Shown here one piece after another: positions 1 through 9,924 of a stretch of DNA of 64,000 nt. The notes under the pieces are model-generated. The model was not told where the DNA came from. It saw nothing but the letters and a program-made list of their open reading frames with translations, and did not search any database. The stretch comes from a virus (Duplodnaviria > Caudoviricetes). The DNA lies in the IMG/VR virus record IMGVR_UViG_3300021400_000138, positions 32,001-96,000 of that record; one strand, written 5' to 3'. Position 1 is the stretch's first letter; each line of letters starts with the position of its first letter. The position numbers and the translations under genes were made by a program.

Positions 1-37
1 GCAAAAAATTTCATATAAAGAAAGGTTGGTCGATTAC

Positions 38-751
38 ATGGCATACAAAAAAGAAACAATCGTAAGCATCACAAAGAAGGCAGCTGAACTTACAAAGATT
101 TACAGAAACAAAAAGTCTAGTGAAATCAACATCTGCATTTCCAAAGGAAACAAAAAGATCGGTCGTGTACTTAATGTTTCTCTGATGCCGATTATGACTT
201 GCGGAAATTGCAAACACTGCCAGGGTATTTGCTATGACATCAAGGCTTGTGTCCAGTACAAGAATGTTCTGGATGCAAGAGTTCGCAATACGGTTCTTGT
301 TAAAGATCATAGAGATATCTATTTCAACAAGATTAAAGAAGCCTGCAAGAGAAGAAAAACAAACAAATTCTTCCGCTGGCATGTGGCTGGCGATATTCTT
401 GACTACGATTACTTCTGCCAGATGGTTGATATAGCAAGAGAATTTCCGGAGTTCATCTTCTGGACATACACAAAGATGTATTACATCGTTAATGAATGGT
501 GCGACAAAAACGGAAGAGAAAATCTTCCGAAGAATCTTTCGATTATGTACTCCGAGTGGAAGACGGTTGATGAAAATGGAAATTACGTTGTTGTTCCGTT
601 TGATAATCCTTATAACTTCCCTGTATTTGCAGTTCGCTTCAAGGGAGAAGATGCCCCGAAAATGCATCGTTGCCCTGGTAACTGTGATATCTGTAAAGAA
701 ACAAAACATGGTTGCCCGTTTGGAGAAAGCAGTTATGCAGATGAACATTAA
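38..751 (+). CDS. GP88-like phage protein (Cys-rich)
   Basis: CGNCKHCQGICY cluster, FFRWHVAGD and FWTYTK motifs typical of the gene product 88 family. Confidence 0.7.
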   Translation: MAYKKETIVSITKKAAELTKIYRNKKSSEINICISKGNKKIGRVLNVSLMPIMTCGNCKHCQGICYDIKACVQYKNVLDARVRNTVLVKDHRDIYFNKIKEACKRRKTNKFFRWHVAGDILDYDYFCQMVDIAREFPEFIFWTYTKMYYIVNEWCDKNGRENLPKNLSIMYSEWKTVDENGNYVVVPFDNPYNFPVFAVRFKGEDAPKMHRCPGNCDICKETKHGCPFGESSYADEH

Positions 752-795
752 ATATGAATAATAAAAAGTAGTTGACAAAAGAAAGGAGATATGAT

Positions 796-1317
796 ATGAA
801 TAAAGTAGGCTACAAGTTATTTGAAATGAATACAAATGGTGATCTCTTTCCTCTCTTTATTGACAAAAACACTCCAATTCCTAAAAACAAATGGATTCCC
901 GCTGAATATCATCCAACTAAAGGATTTGCACCAAGAGGTGGTTGGCACATTGGTGCAGATGTTCCTGATGCTCCCTGGTTAAAAGCTTATAACGGAACAG
1001 ATACTGGTTACTACAAACCGAGATGGAAACACGGTCAGCGTGTTTGGTGTGTAGTTGAGTACAATGCAAACCATGATTATAATATGGAAGTTTCTCAGTT
1101 AACAAAGAAATGTTTCACGGATCGGGTTCCGGAAGATGGATATTATTTCTTTAGAGAAGTTGGTAAAGGAACTTGGGTAATAACTTCTGATATTAAGATA
1201 CTGAAAGTTCTTACCGAGGAAGAAAGGCAGCATATTATAAAGGAAGCGAAATACGATGAAGCCGCAGCGTATAGTAAATATAAGGAGGCGTTTGAAAAAA
1301 GAGGAGTGGTTGCTTGA
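796..1317 (+). CDS. Hypothetical phage protein
   Basis: ORF with aggag RBS; GYKLF...LFPLFI and FAPRGGWH motifs. Confidence 0.6.
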   Translation: MNKVGYKLFEMNTNGDLFPLFIDKNTPIPKNKWIPAEYHPTKGFAPRGGWHIGADVPDAPWLKAYNGTDTGYYKPRWKHGQRVWCVVEYNANHDYNMEVSQLTKKCFTDRVPEDGYYFFREVGKGTWVITSDIKILKVLTEEERQHIIKEAKYDEAAAYSKYKEAFEKRGVVA

Positions 1318-1375
1318 AAAGAACATAATTGCTGTTGATGATAACGATAAACAAGAATAATAAAGAAAAGGAGAT

Positions 1376-2371
1376 ATGAATATGGCAGCAAATGTAGAAT
1401 GGATGTTCAGTGGCAGCAATGAAACCCCGTGGCACGGAATCGGTGAGGTTATAAAGGGAACCCTTTCTTCTGAAGAAGCAATCAAAGTAGCAAAACTTGA
1501 TTGGGATGTTATTCCTAAGCCGTTATTTGATGAAAAGCATAGAGAGATTCCAGGCTTCAAGGTAAATGTAAGAAGTTCTGATGATAAGATCCTTGGTGTT
1601 GTTACTGATAGATATAAAATCGTACAGAATGATGAAGCATTTGCTTTTACGGATTCTCTTCTTGGCAAGGGTGTTCAGTATGAATCAGCTGGTTCTCTTG
1701 CATCTGGAAAAAGAATTTGGATGCTGGCTCGTATGGAAAACACAACTCTTGCAGAAGAGAAAATTGATCCTTATCTGGTATTTACTAATTCTCATGATGG
1801 AACTGGTGCAATAAGAGTTGCTATTACTCCTGTACGTGTCGTTTGTCAGAACACGTTAAATCTTGCTCTTCATCAGGCATCTCGTCACTGGTCCTGTGTA
1901 CACACTGGTGATATTCAGGGCAAACTTGAAGAAGCCAGATATACATTATCTAATGCAGAAAGATATATGGAAGCATTAGAAGAAGAGTTCGGTGAACTTA
2001 AGCTGAAGAAAGTTACCGAAAAAGAAGTTAGAGATCTTACTGATAAGCTTTTGGAAATGGAGTTTGAAGATCTCGTAAAGAGAGCAAACGTTGACAAGAA
2101 AGTTGTTGACTTCAAAGACATCTTGAAGTCGCACAAAGCAGAAGAGAAACTCGATCAGAAAAGAACGGAGATCTTGAATATCTACTTTGATAAACCTGAT
2201 CTTCGTGGCACAGAACACACAGCATTTAGATTTGTTAATGCAATTAGTGATTATTGTACTCACACAACGGATCACAAAAACACTAGAAACTATCAGGAAA
2301 ACCTCTTCATGAAGGTTGTTGATGGACATAGCATGATCGATAACGCTTATAAGTTAGTTAAATCCGCTTAA
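1376..2371 (+). CDS. DUF932 phage/plasmid-like protein
   Basis: PWHGIG, YKIVQN, NSHDGTGA and RVVCQNTL motifs. Confidence 0.85.
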   Translation: MNMAANVEWMFSGSNETPWHGIGEVIKGTLSSEEAIKVAKLDWDVIPKPLFDEKHREIPGFKVNVRSSDDKILGVVTDRYKIVQNDEAFAFTDSLLGKGVQYESAGSLASGKRIWMLARMENTTLAEEKIDPYLVFTNSHDGTGAIRVAITPVRVVCQNTLNLALHQASRHWSCVHTGDIQGKLEEARYTLSNAERYMEALEEEFGELKLKKVTEKEVRDLTDKLLEMEFEDLVKRANVDKKVVDFKDILKSHKAEEKLDQKRTEILNIYFDKPDLRGTEHTAFRFVNAISDYCTHTTDHKNTRNYQENLFMKVVDGHSMIDNAYKLVKSA

Positions 2372-2399
2372 ACAACTAAATACAATTGAATAACATGCG

Positions 2400-2428
2400 A
2401 AGAGGGAATTCACAGCGAGTTTCCTCTT
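2400..2428 (+). terminator. Probable intrinsic terminator
   Basis: aagagggaattc...gagtttcctcttt hairpin after the DUF932 gene. Confidence 0.55.
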
Positions 2429-2470
2429 TGATTTCTCTAAAAGATTCTAAAAAAGAAAAGGAGATAAGAT

Positions 2471-3463
2471 ATGCTGAATAAGGCAAACATTACATGGAGC
2501 GCAAAACAGGTTTACAAGATGTGGTTAAACAACCTTTTTAGATTTGATAACATTATCCAAAGATCTTATATATGGGAACAGATAAGAAAATCTGAACTTA
2601 TTCATTCTATGCTGGAAGGTTATCCGATCCCGCCGTTTTACGCAAGAAAAGTTGACGGCAAGATTTATGACTTCCTGGATGGAAAGCAGAGAATGAATGC
2701 AATTACTGGATATATTAATGATGTATACGAACTCAAAGGAATTGATCTGGTTGAGTTTGAAGATAAAATAATTGATGTAAACGGAAAGAAGTTTTCTGAA
2801 CTTCCGGAAGATCTTCAGGACAGAATCAAAGATTATTCTTTGACAATTTATTACTACGAAGCAATCACGCCAGAGCAGGTAAGAACAATGTTCCGCAAAC
2901 TGAACAATGGAAAGCCGCTGTCGGCGAAGGAACGTAATATTGCAAATTGTGTTGATATCATTCGGGTATCAGATATTGGTAATCACGAACTCTTCCAGAA
3001 AATTCTTACAGAAAAGGGAAGAGATTCAAGGAAACAGTTGCCGATTGTTATGAAGATCTGGACCATGCTGAATGAAGAAGTTGATACAATCTCATTTGAC
3101 AGCAAGACATTTAATGAGATCATGCAGCAGACAAGAATTGCCGATGACGAAAAGGAAAGGATTGTTACGATTCTGGATAAGATCCTTGCAGTTTATAATC
3201 TTCTTGAAGAAGAAAAGAGAACCGAACGGAAGAAGATGGTTAATGAAACTCATCTGGTTTCGCTCATTCCATTTTTCGAGAAGGCTGTTGATGATGGTAT
3301 TGAAGATAAACTGATGGCAGACTTTATTGTGAAACTGTTCTGTGAAAGAGTTGTTTCTGAGGAATACGAAAAGGCTTGCCACGGCGGAGTTGCCAGAAAC
3401 GCAAACGTAGTTAAACGAAATGAAGAAATTCAGAAGGTTTGGAATGATTTCTTTGAACTTTAA
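2471..3463 (+). CDS. DUF262 (GmrS/ParB-like) domain protein
   Basis: IQRSYIW, LIHSMLEGYPIP, DGKQR and FRKLNNG motifs. Confidence 0.8.
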   Translation: MLNKANITWSAKQVYKMWLNNLFRFDNIIQRSYIWEQIRKSELIHSMLEGYPIPPFYARKVDGKIYDFLDGKQRMNAITGYINDVYELKGIDLVEFEDKIIDVNGKKFSELPEDLQDRIKDYSLTIYYYEAITPEQVRTMFRKLNNGKPLSAKERNIANCVDIIRVSDIGNHELFQKILTEKGRDSRKQLPIVMKIWTMLNEEVDTISFDSKTFNEIMQQTRIADDEKERIVTILDKILAVYNLLEEEKRTERKKMVNETHLVSLIPFFEKAVDDGIEDKLMADFIVKLFCERVVSEEYEKACHGGVARNANVVKRNEEIQKVWNDFFEL

Positions 3464-3510
3464 TTGTATCTGATAATAGTGTATAATAATAGAAAGGAGG
3501 TGGTGCAACT

Positions 3511-3717
3511 TTGAGAAAGACGAGGTTTATGGATCAGTCAACATTTATTTGCACCACATGTGGAAAAACATTTCCGCTTATGAGAAGTCATGGTCAGCAT
3601 AGAGAACGTGGACATATCAAGGATCTGTGGTGTCCCTTCTGCAAGGCAGAGCGAAAGTTCCGGGAAGTGAAACGCGGCGAAGGTTATATGACGGCTGCTG
3701 GTATGATATATATGTAA
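3511..3717 (+). CDS. Small zinc-ribbon protein
   Basis: CTTC...RERGHIKDLWCPFC; strong aggaggt RBS. Confidence 0.65.
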   Translation: MRKTRFMDQSTFICTTCGKTFPLMRSHGQHRERGHIKDLWCPFCKAERKFREVKRGEGYMTAAGMIYM

Positions 3718-3729
3718 AAATTTTGTAAT

Positions 3730-3772
3730 ACTTCATATATTGTGTTGCTCAAATATGTAGTTTTGATATAAT
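3730..3772 (+). promoter_or_regulatory. Sigma-A-type promoter overlapped by inverted ATATGWAGT operator half-sites
   Basis: TTGCTC (3745) - 16 nt - TATAAT (3767) with extended TGn; ACTTCATAT at 3730 and ATATGTAGT at 3753. Confidence 0.6.
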
Positions 3773-3802
3773 CCGTTTAGAAAATAAACGGAGGGTATTG
3801 AA

Positions 3803-4009
3803 ATGAAATATGTTATAATTACAAATAGTTGGAATGATAAAGCATCTGTTATAAAAGTTGACCAGGCAAATGCAAAAGAAAATTTAATAAAGAATTATTT
3901 GAAGCTGTATATGAACAGTAACACAGATAAAGAACATTCATATATGGACAAAGATTACGCAATAATAACCACAAAAGATAATCAGAAGATAGAATTATTT
4001 ATTGTATAA
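3803..4009 (+). CDS. Hypothetical protein
   Basis: ORF with ggaggg RBS. Confidence 0.55.
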   Translation: MKYVIITNSWNDKASVIKVDQANAKENLIKNYLKLYMNSNTDKEHSYMDKDYAIITTKDNQKIELFIV

Positions 4010-4024
4010 AGGAGAATAAAATAT

Positions 4025-4729
4025 ATGTTTGGAGCGCTTATTAGTATTGCACTGTTTGGATATCTTGGAATTGATGCAGCAATGAAGGTCGGTAATAATA
4101 CATCCTTAAGGCAGCAAGCCAGAGCACAGGGAAAGAAGTATTATATGGATAATAAAAATCGTTATCGTTCGGTAGATACAAATGAAATTTGTATAATTGA
4201 CAGAGATGGATTTTTTCATAATAAACATAATGTATGTTATGGAATTAAAACGGGTAGAATTGTTGATGATGCAACAAAAAATAAAGCAGCGGAATTTAAT
4301 GAGGATCTTGAGAGGAATGGAAAAGCGTATTATTATAAAGAATATTCAAGATTCAATCAGGTGAGAAATAAAAATACTTGGTATCCAATAGAAAAAGAAA
4401 CGGGAAGACCTTTTGAAATTCAGGTGTATACTGTTTATAAAGATAGTGAACTTAGACCAAGAAAAGTAAGAAGAGAGATTATTCTTTATTATTTAGATGA
4501 TCAGAAGATTAGAGATTATCAGTCTGGTCTTGAACCTGGTTATTTTGATTATGAAAAAACTAAGGAAGAAAAGGCTAAATGGAAAAAGAAATTATCTCTT
4601 GAAGAAGCACTTGCTTATACTTCTAAATATAACACCGTAGAAGAACTTGAAAATGAACTTTGTTTTCCAACTTGGAGGGATGATCATTATACGAATTGGG
4701 TATTTCCTGGCGTAAAAAGCTTTGGATGA
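4025..4729 (+). CDS. Hypothetical protein with N-terminal hydrophobic anchor
   Basis: aaggag RBS; hydrophobic N-terminus. Confidence 0.6.
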   Translation: MFGALISIALFGYLGIDAAMKVGNNTSLRQQARAQGKKYYMDNKNRYRSVDTNEICIIDRDGFFHNKHNVCYGIKTGRIVDDATKNKAAEFNEDLERNGKAYYYKEYSRFNQVRNKNTWYPIEKETGRPFEIQVYTVYKDSELRPRKVRREIILYYLDDQKIRDYQSGLEPGYFDYEKTKEEKAKWKKKLSLEEALAYTSKYNTVEELENELCFPTWRDDHYTNWVFPGVKSFG

Positions 4730-4750
4730 TTAAAATAGGAGAGTGATCGA

Positions 4751-5722
4751 ATGAAAGGCAGAGAAGAGAATAAGATCAAGATTGATAACCAGATCAAAGA
4801 AAAACTTATGGATCAGCCAAGAGTGCTGTATGAATATTTTGCATATTTGTCTAATAACGGAAGAGATTCCGCACCAACCAGAAGAGTATTTATTTATGGA
4901 ATCATTAGATTTTGCAACTGGTTAAAAGAAAACGGATACAATGTTAGTATCACTAGTGGATGGAAGAGAATTACTCCTGGCGTCATTAATACATATCTTC
5001 TTGAAATTGGGGCAAACGTAAAGCAGAAGACAAAGGCTAGTTATTATGAACATATTAAACTTTTCTTTGAATTTCTGTATAGTATGGATTATATTGAAGT
5101 TAATCCATTTGATGGAAACAAGATTCCGAAACAGAAATATAGTGAAGAAAATCATATTGAATATTTGACAGAAGAAGAGATTGTTGCAGTTAAAGAACAC
5201 ATTAGAGAAAACGAAGGAATTAATTCTCTTTTGTTTGAAACAATATTTACACTTGCATATAAGACTGGTATTCGTATTACAGCATTGACAGAAATCAATA
5301 TTGATGATATAAATATAAGTAATAATAGCATTGAAGTTACTGATAAGGAAAACTATACACGAGATGTATTTATTGGAAGCAGCACAGCAGAATTATTAAA
5401 GAAATATTTAAGATTTAGAGAAAGCCTTCCAACAGAAAGTAATGCATTATTTGTTATTAAAGATTGGGGACCGAAAGGATATGTAAGGATTCCATATAAA
5501 AGAGTTCACAGAATGATTCTTAGAAATACGGAATTCACAGGGAAACATATTACACCACATAAACTTCGTGATACTTGCGCAATGCTTGTATATGAGGAAA
5601 CTCATGACATTTATCTCACTGGGGAAGTCTTGGGCCATAAAAACTTCGAGAATACAAAAAAGTATGCTAAGGTAACGGAAAAGCGTAGAAGAGAAGCGGC
5701 GGATTTCCTTGATAAAATTTAA
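4751..5722 (+). CDS. Tyrosine recombinase, catalytically intact (YopP/SroD-like position)
   Basis: TGIR, PHKLR and LGH...TKKY give the full R-H-R-H-Y set. Confidence 0.9.
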   Translation: MKGREENKIKIDNQIKEKLMDQPRVLYEYFAYLSNNGRDSAPTRRVFIYGIIRFCNWLKENGYNVSITSGWKRITPGVINTYLLEIGANVKQKTKASYYEHIKLFFEFLYSMDYIEVNPFDGNKIPKQKYSEENHIEYLTEEEIVAVKEHIRENEGINSLLFETIFTLAYKTGIRITALTEINIDDINISNNSIEVTDKENYTRDVFIGSSTAELLKKYLRFRESLPTESNALFVIKDWGPKGYVRIPYKRVHRMILRNTEFTGKHITPHKLRDTCAMLVYEETHDIYLTGEVLGHKNFENTKKYAKVTEKRRREAADFLDKI

Positions 5723-5735
5723 AGGAGCGTAAAGT

Positions 5736-6992
5736 ATGCTAAAAACAAGAGACGAGCTGGACAAACATTTTGAAAGTGTAATTGTAAAGTACGCAGATGA
5801 TCCAAAGATCATGAGACGGATTGCGGATTATTGCTACGAAAATTTTGATCTTCCAAGAGCAAGAACAATGACAATTCTTGGTCTGAATGTTAGTATTCGT
5901 GAATGCAGCGAAAGCGAAATCTTTTGGATTCTTGTAGCCATGAATAATTATTCCGAGAGATGGAACCTAAAGATCTCTCAGTTCTTTACAGATACAGAAA
6001 TCAATGTCTATATGAAATCCAAAAATAATAACAACCCAATAGAATTTCCACTGAGATTTCCGATGATTCAAATAGCCGATGACCAGTGGATTGGGAAGAT
6101 AACGGCTAAGGAGCTTATTCGCCTCAGAAGGGCGGACATGATCACATATAACAAAAGCGCCCAACGTCGCGCCAAGACGATTGTACGGGGCGATAAGGAG
6201 TTTACAAGGCTAAATGTGATGGTCGGTGTCGTAAATAAAATTGCAGATTTATTAGTCAAACACAGATTTATATCAAACGCTATAACGTTAAATATACCTG
6301 ACGGAATGGCAGATTTCTTTTACGACAGTAAAAATAAAGAGTTGGTTATTAATAGCCTAAGATCATTTGATATCATAGATGGTTTTCACAGGTATGTTGC
6401 TATGTGTAATGTCGCCGATGAAAATATTGATTTTGATTATCCAATGGAACTTAGGCTTGTTGCTTTTTCAGAAGAGAAAGCTAATAACTTTATTTGGCAA
6501 GAAGAACAGAAGACAAGGATGCCAGTAATTGATGCCAAGTCATATAACATGAATGATCTGGCTAATAAGATTGCAAACAGAATTGCGGAATCGAGTATTT
6601 GCGCCTTAAGCGAAATCATTGATAGGAATGGACGAATACCTATTGGTCACCTGGCGTATGCAATTGATGGAATTTATCTTAAAAATATGCCAGAGGAAAA
6701 AAAGAAAACGGCTATTGTGGATGTTACTAAAGATATTATAGAAGATTTTAATATCTTAACTGACCATGATAGTAGCTTGTTGACAATGAATTGGAAAGTG
6801 TCTGATATTTATATTTGCATTAACGTATTCTTCTTAATGAGAAACAAGGACAAAAGAAAACTCTATGATAACTATGTGCTGGTAAGAGATTCAATAAAGG
6901 AAAATCCGATTGAAAAGAAATTTATGCTAAGTAATACCATTAAAAAGCAGATGCAAATAGTTGAGGCAATAATGGAGGATGAAGATGTATAA
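5736..6992 (+). CDS. DndB/ParB-like DGQHR-family protein (SPbeta YopQ/SroE-like)
   Basis: ITYNKSAQR, NAITLN and IIDGFHR motifs; lies between two integrase-fold genes. Confidence 0.75.
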   Translation: MLKTRDELDKHFESVIVKYADDPKIMRRIADYCYENFDLPRARTMTILGLNVSIRECSESEIFWILVAMNNYSERWNLKISQFFTDTEINVYMKSKNNNNPIEFPLRFPMIQIADDQWIGKITAKELIRLRRADMITYNKSAQRRAKTIVRGDKEFTRLNVMVGVVNKIADLLVKHRFISNAITLNIPDGMADFFYDSKNKELVINSLRSFDIIDGFHRYVAMCNVADENIDFDYPMELRLVAFSEEKANNFIWQEEQKTRMPVIDAKSYNMNDLANKIANRIAESSICALSEIIDRNGRIPIGHLAYAIDGIYLKNMPEEKKKTAIVDVTKDIIEDFNILTDHDSSLLTMNWKVSDIYICINVFFLMRNKDKRKLYDNYVLVRDSIKENPIEKKFMLSNTIKKQMQIVEAIMEDEDV

Positions 6993-7917
6993 TGAAAAGC
7001 AAAAGCTAAGGTATTTAAAAGATTGCGAGGGAGTATATGATGAGAGTACCATAAGAAATATTGTCAGCAAATTTAATGTTTGTGAATGGATAGAGATAGA
7101 AAGAGGGAAAGATATTTCTCTGTTTACAAAGTATGAAATTGACGATTATCTTTATACAGTAGGAATGAAGAGTTCTCCGGGATCTTTAGCAAGTATTGTT
7201 TCTTATTATTCTAAATATGTAGAGTGGTGTATTAACAATTCTTTGGTTCCAAGTGGAATTAATCATTTTGATGAAATTGTTGGTGAAAAGAAATTTGATA
7301 AGTATTTAAACAGAAGATTAACAAAGCGAAAATATATTACTCAAGGAGAATTTGATGATGTTTTAAATCGTATTCACAATCCCAGAGATCAATTTGTTTT
7401 ATGCTGCTTATATGAATTTGGAATTTCTCCAAACCAAGTGGAGATTATGAATATTCATTTTAGTGATTTTGATCTTAAAAACAATACAGTAAAATTGATT
7501 TCCGGAAGAGAACCGAAAGTATCACAAAAATTAATCCATTATGCAGAACTTGCAGATCAAGAACTTGAATATACAGTAGAAGTATATGATGGATCCTTTA
7601 GGAAATATAAACTTCTTGATAATGGTTTGGTATATAAAGATGTTGACTGGGGACCAATCAAGCCGAGTCCAAATGCTTCTCAGAGAATCTTCAAACTTCT
7701 ACGCCAAGTAAAGAAATCAACTGGATTGGATGATGCCGTCACAGCCAATAGTCTTTCTGATGCTGGATTTTTTATGTTTGTCGAATCAGAAGCAGAAAAA
7801 ATTGGAATAGATCCAATAGATTTCATAAAGGAAAATGAAGAGCTACTTATTAATCAGTATAACAAGAATACCGTAAGGGCATTAGTAATTTATAAAAAGG
7901 TAAAAGACCTGTTTTAA
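6979..7917 (+). CDS. Degenerate integrase-fold protein, probable master repressor (YopR/MrpR/SroF-like)
   Basis: MYNEKQKLRYL N-terminus; NPRDQFVLCCLYEFG with catalytic Arg replaced; no HxxR. Confidence 0.7.
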   Translation: MKMYNEKQKLRYLKDCEGVYDESTIRNIVSKFNVCEWIEIERGKDISLFTKYEIDDYLYTVGMKSSPGSLASIVSYYSKYVEWCINNSLVPSGINHFDEIVGEKKFDKYLNRRLTKRKYITQGEFDDVLNRIHNPRDQFVLCCLYEFGISPNQVEIMNIHFSDFDLKNNTVKLISGREPKVSQKLIHYAELADQELEYTVEVYDGSFRKYKLLDNGLVYKDVDWGPIKPSPNASQRIFKLLRQVKKSTGLDDAVTANSLSDAGFFMFVESEAEKIGIDPIDFIKENEELLINQYNKNTVRALVIYKKVKDLF

Positions 7918-7927
7918 GCGGGTCTTT
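7903..7927 (+). terminator. Intrinsic terminator
   Basis: aaagacctg-ttttaag-cgggtcttt. Confidence 0.55.
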
Positions 7928-7966
7928 GGTTATAAACTTAATTAATAAAGAAAGGAAATATAATTT

Positions 7967-8239
7967 ATGAAGAGTGTAGAATTTTATAATGACCTCGCTG
8001 CTGTTCTGGAAAATGGTTCTATTGGATTCTATCTTAGCACTTCCGCATTTGAGATGACCCTGAATGTTACAAAAGATAATCTTGTGTATCTGGATGAAAA
8101 TGGTTTGTCTGTTAATATTGGTTCTTCTGAATTTACCTTTTATTTTGATATGATGGAAATTGAGTGCAGAGAGGATGAATACGGGAAGACGTACATCCTT
8201 AAGGTAAATGAAAATGAAAGATTAACATTTATTGTTTGA
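7967..8239 (+). CDS. Hypothetical protein
   Basis: 90-aa ORF with RBS. Confidence 0.6.
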   Translation: MKSVEFYNDLAAVLENGSIGFYLSTSAFEMTLNVTKDNLVYLDENGLSVNIGSSEFTFYFDMMEIECREDEYGKTYILKVNENERLTFIV

Positions 8240-8251
8240 TAATATAAATAT

Positions 8252-8290
8252 TAAAGGGGAGTATAATTCTACTCCCCTTATTTATTTATT
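8252..8290. terminator. Bidirectional terminator between convergent genes
   Basis: ggggagta-taattc-tactcccc hairpin flanked by A/T tracts. Confidence 0.7.
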
Positions 8291-8822
8291 TATATGCCTG
8301 TATACTATTCTTTAAGAAATTTCTATTTGCATAGTTGAGATTTTTAGTTGTTAATAATCCTTTACTTTCCATGAGTTCTAATTTAAAATCAAGAAGATCA
8401 TTCGGAACATATAAAGATCTTGCAACTGCTTCAAAATCATTATATTCTTCAAAGGCAGATAGAACCTGTTCGTCAGAAAGCAAAAGTTCGGCGCAGAAAT
8501 AATGTGCTTGGACTTCGAGAGTATCAAGGGAATCATGAATGCCAATTTCGTGATACGTCATAACTGTGTCACCGTGGAGTATAGAATGTCCAAGTTCGTG
8601 GCCCAGAATTATTGGTTCATATTCTTCGTTGAGATTGCTATCTAATATGATGTTTTCAATTCCGAATTTATTAACATAGTAACCTTTAAGTTCTTTTTGC
8701 AAATCGTGATAATATACATTGATGTTTAGGGCAGAACAAATTTTGCGCGGATTTCGTGTTCCACATTCAGATATTATATTAGCAACTTTAAAACAAATTT
8801 CTTTTAAAACTGATTTCTTCAA
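8286..8822 (-). CDS. ImmA/IrrE-family metallopeptidase (anti-repressor)
   Basis: ILGHELGHSILH HExxH motif and EVQAHYFCAELLL; adjacent to an XRE gene. Confidence 0.85.
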   Translation of the reverse strand: MKKSVLKEICFKVANIISECGTRNPRKICSALNINVYYHDLQKELKGYYVNKFGIENIILDSNLNEEYEPIILGHELGHSILHGDTVMTYHEIGIHDSLDTLEVQAHYFCAELLLSDEQVLSAFEEYNDFEAVARSLYVPNDLLDFKLELMESKGLLTTKNLNYANRNFLKNSIQAYK

Positions 8823-8874
8823 AGTATTATCACCACCCTTCAGTTTATAGTTTATTAACTAAAGTGTATAAAAA

Positions 8875-9261
8875 TCATAACATCTCTTTTTCTAACGCTT
8901 TTCTAAGGGAATCCATAAATACCTGGCGGTAAGATTCCAGAAATATTTCTATTGTATTCTCTTCTATTGAGGTACCAGCCATGAGGGCAGGAGTTTTTTC
9001 TTTAACAAACTTTCGCAACTCTCTTTGATATGATTCCTCGTAGAAATCATCTCCTGGATCTGACACAGAATCATCGAAAAGAAATTCTTCAGTAACACAA
9101 AGTGCTTTGGCAAGTTTACGGATATTCTTCTTATGCGGTATTGCACCGAGTTTTTCATAAGAATGTATTGTTCTTTGGGATACGCCGATTTCTTCTGCCA
9201 GATCTGTTTGAAGTAATCCAAGGGAATTGCGGCAGAATTTAATCTTTTCTCCAAATGTCAT
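8875..9261 (-). CDS. XRE-family HTH repressor (ImmR-like)
   Basis: FGEKIKFCR...LQTDLAEEIGVSQRTIHSYE; aggagga RBS on the minus strand. Confidence 0.9.
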   Translation of the reverse strand: MTFGEKIKFCRNSLGLLQTDLAEEIGVSQRTIHSYEKLGAIPHKKNIRKLAKALCVTEEFLFDDSVSDPGDDFYEESYQRELRKFVKEKTPALMAGTSIEENTIEIFLESYRQVFMDSLRKALEKEML

Positions 9262-9281
9262 AGCTGTTCCTCCTGTTTAGC

Positions 9282-9349
9282 AAAATATGTAACTACATAT
9301 TTTGGATTATAATATATGAAGTTTTTGGTAGCAATAAGAAATATGAAGT
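9282..9349 (-). promoter_or_regulatory. Promoter and operators of the XRE repressor gene
   Basis: Minus-strand TTGCTA (9334-9329) - 17 nt - TATAAT (9311-9306); ATATGWAGT boxes at 9292 (inverted), 9314 and 9341. Confidence 0.6.
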
Positions 9350-9394
9350 TTTGAAAAATTTGTGAACAGAAAAATATAAATATTAAAAAAGATG

Positions 9395-9423
9395 TTGACA
9401 AGATAATTTATAGGTGGTATCAT
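9395..9423 (+). promoter_or_regulatory. Divergent sigma-A promoter
   Basis: TTGACA - 17 nt - TATCAT with extended TG. Confidence 0.7.
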
Positions 9424-9482
9424 ACACGATGTAAAGAAGTTCAGATGATTGTATATGTGAATAATAAAAAAGGAAACAACAT

Positions 9483-9758
9483 ATGTGGATTATAAATTCA
9501 TCAAGAAACGTAGCTCTTAACGCAGCGGAGATTAAATCTTTACAAGTAAATCCATTAGATGAATCTGGATCATGTTTTATGGTGGAACCGGATGAAGTAG
9601 TAGCTTATGGAGTGTTTTCTGGCATCAATCTCATTGCTGGTCCATATAAGTCACAAGAAAAGGCAAACGGAGTTATGATAGATATTGTTTGCAGTGTTTA
9701 TAGAGAGGATCCGTTTTATTGTCCTGAAGCGGATTATAAGGTAAAGGAATATGCATAA
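9483..9758 (+). CDS. Hypothetical protein
   Basis: First ORF after the promoter, with RBS. Confidence 0.6.
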   Translation: MWIINSSRNVALNAAEIKSLQVNPLDESGSCFMVEPDEVVAYGVFSGINLIAGPYKSQEKANGVMIDIVCSVYREDPFYCPEADYKVKEYA

Positions 9759-9924
9759 GATATTTCAGGTATTCAAAAATATAAGGGAACTGTTTTGTAA
9801 GCATCAGTTTGAAAGATTATATATGGACGAAGACCCGAAGGCATTGGTTTATAAGTGTAAAAAATGTGGCCAGGTTGTTCGGGCGGAGATTTTTGGAAGA
9901 GAAAATATTAACTTCCGTGGATGA
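9751..9924 (+). CDS. Small Cys/His protein (FCKH...CKKCG)
   Basis: 57-aa ORF read manually; aaggaa RBS. Confidence 0.5.
   Translation: MHKIFQVFKNIRELFCKHQFERLYMDEDPKALVYKCKKCGQVVRAEIFGRENINFRG

Noticed and set aside
772-800. TTGACA-based promoter or TTG start at 772
   Set aside because: No convincing -10 at 17 nt; the RBS favours ATG 796
11-835. Long minus-strand ORF, and the many other minus-strand ORFs in the track
   Set aside because: Antisense shadows of well-supported + strand genes; only 8286..8822 and 8875..9261 have recognisable motifs
5736-6992. Phosphorothioate (dnd) modification system
   Set aside because: No dndA/C/D/E-like genes; the context fits SPbeta yopQ instead
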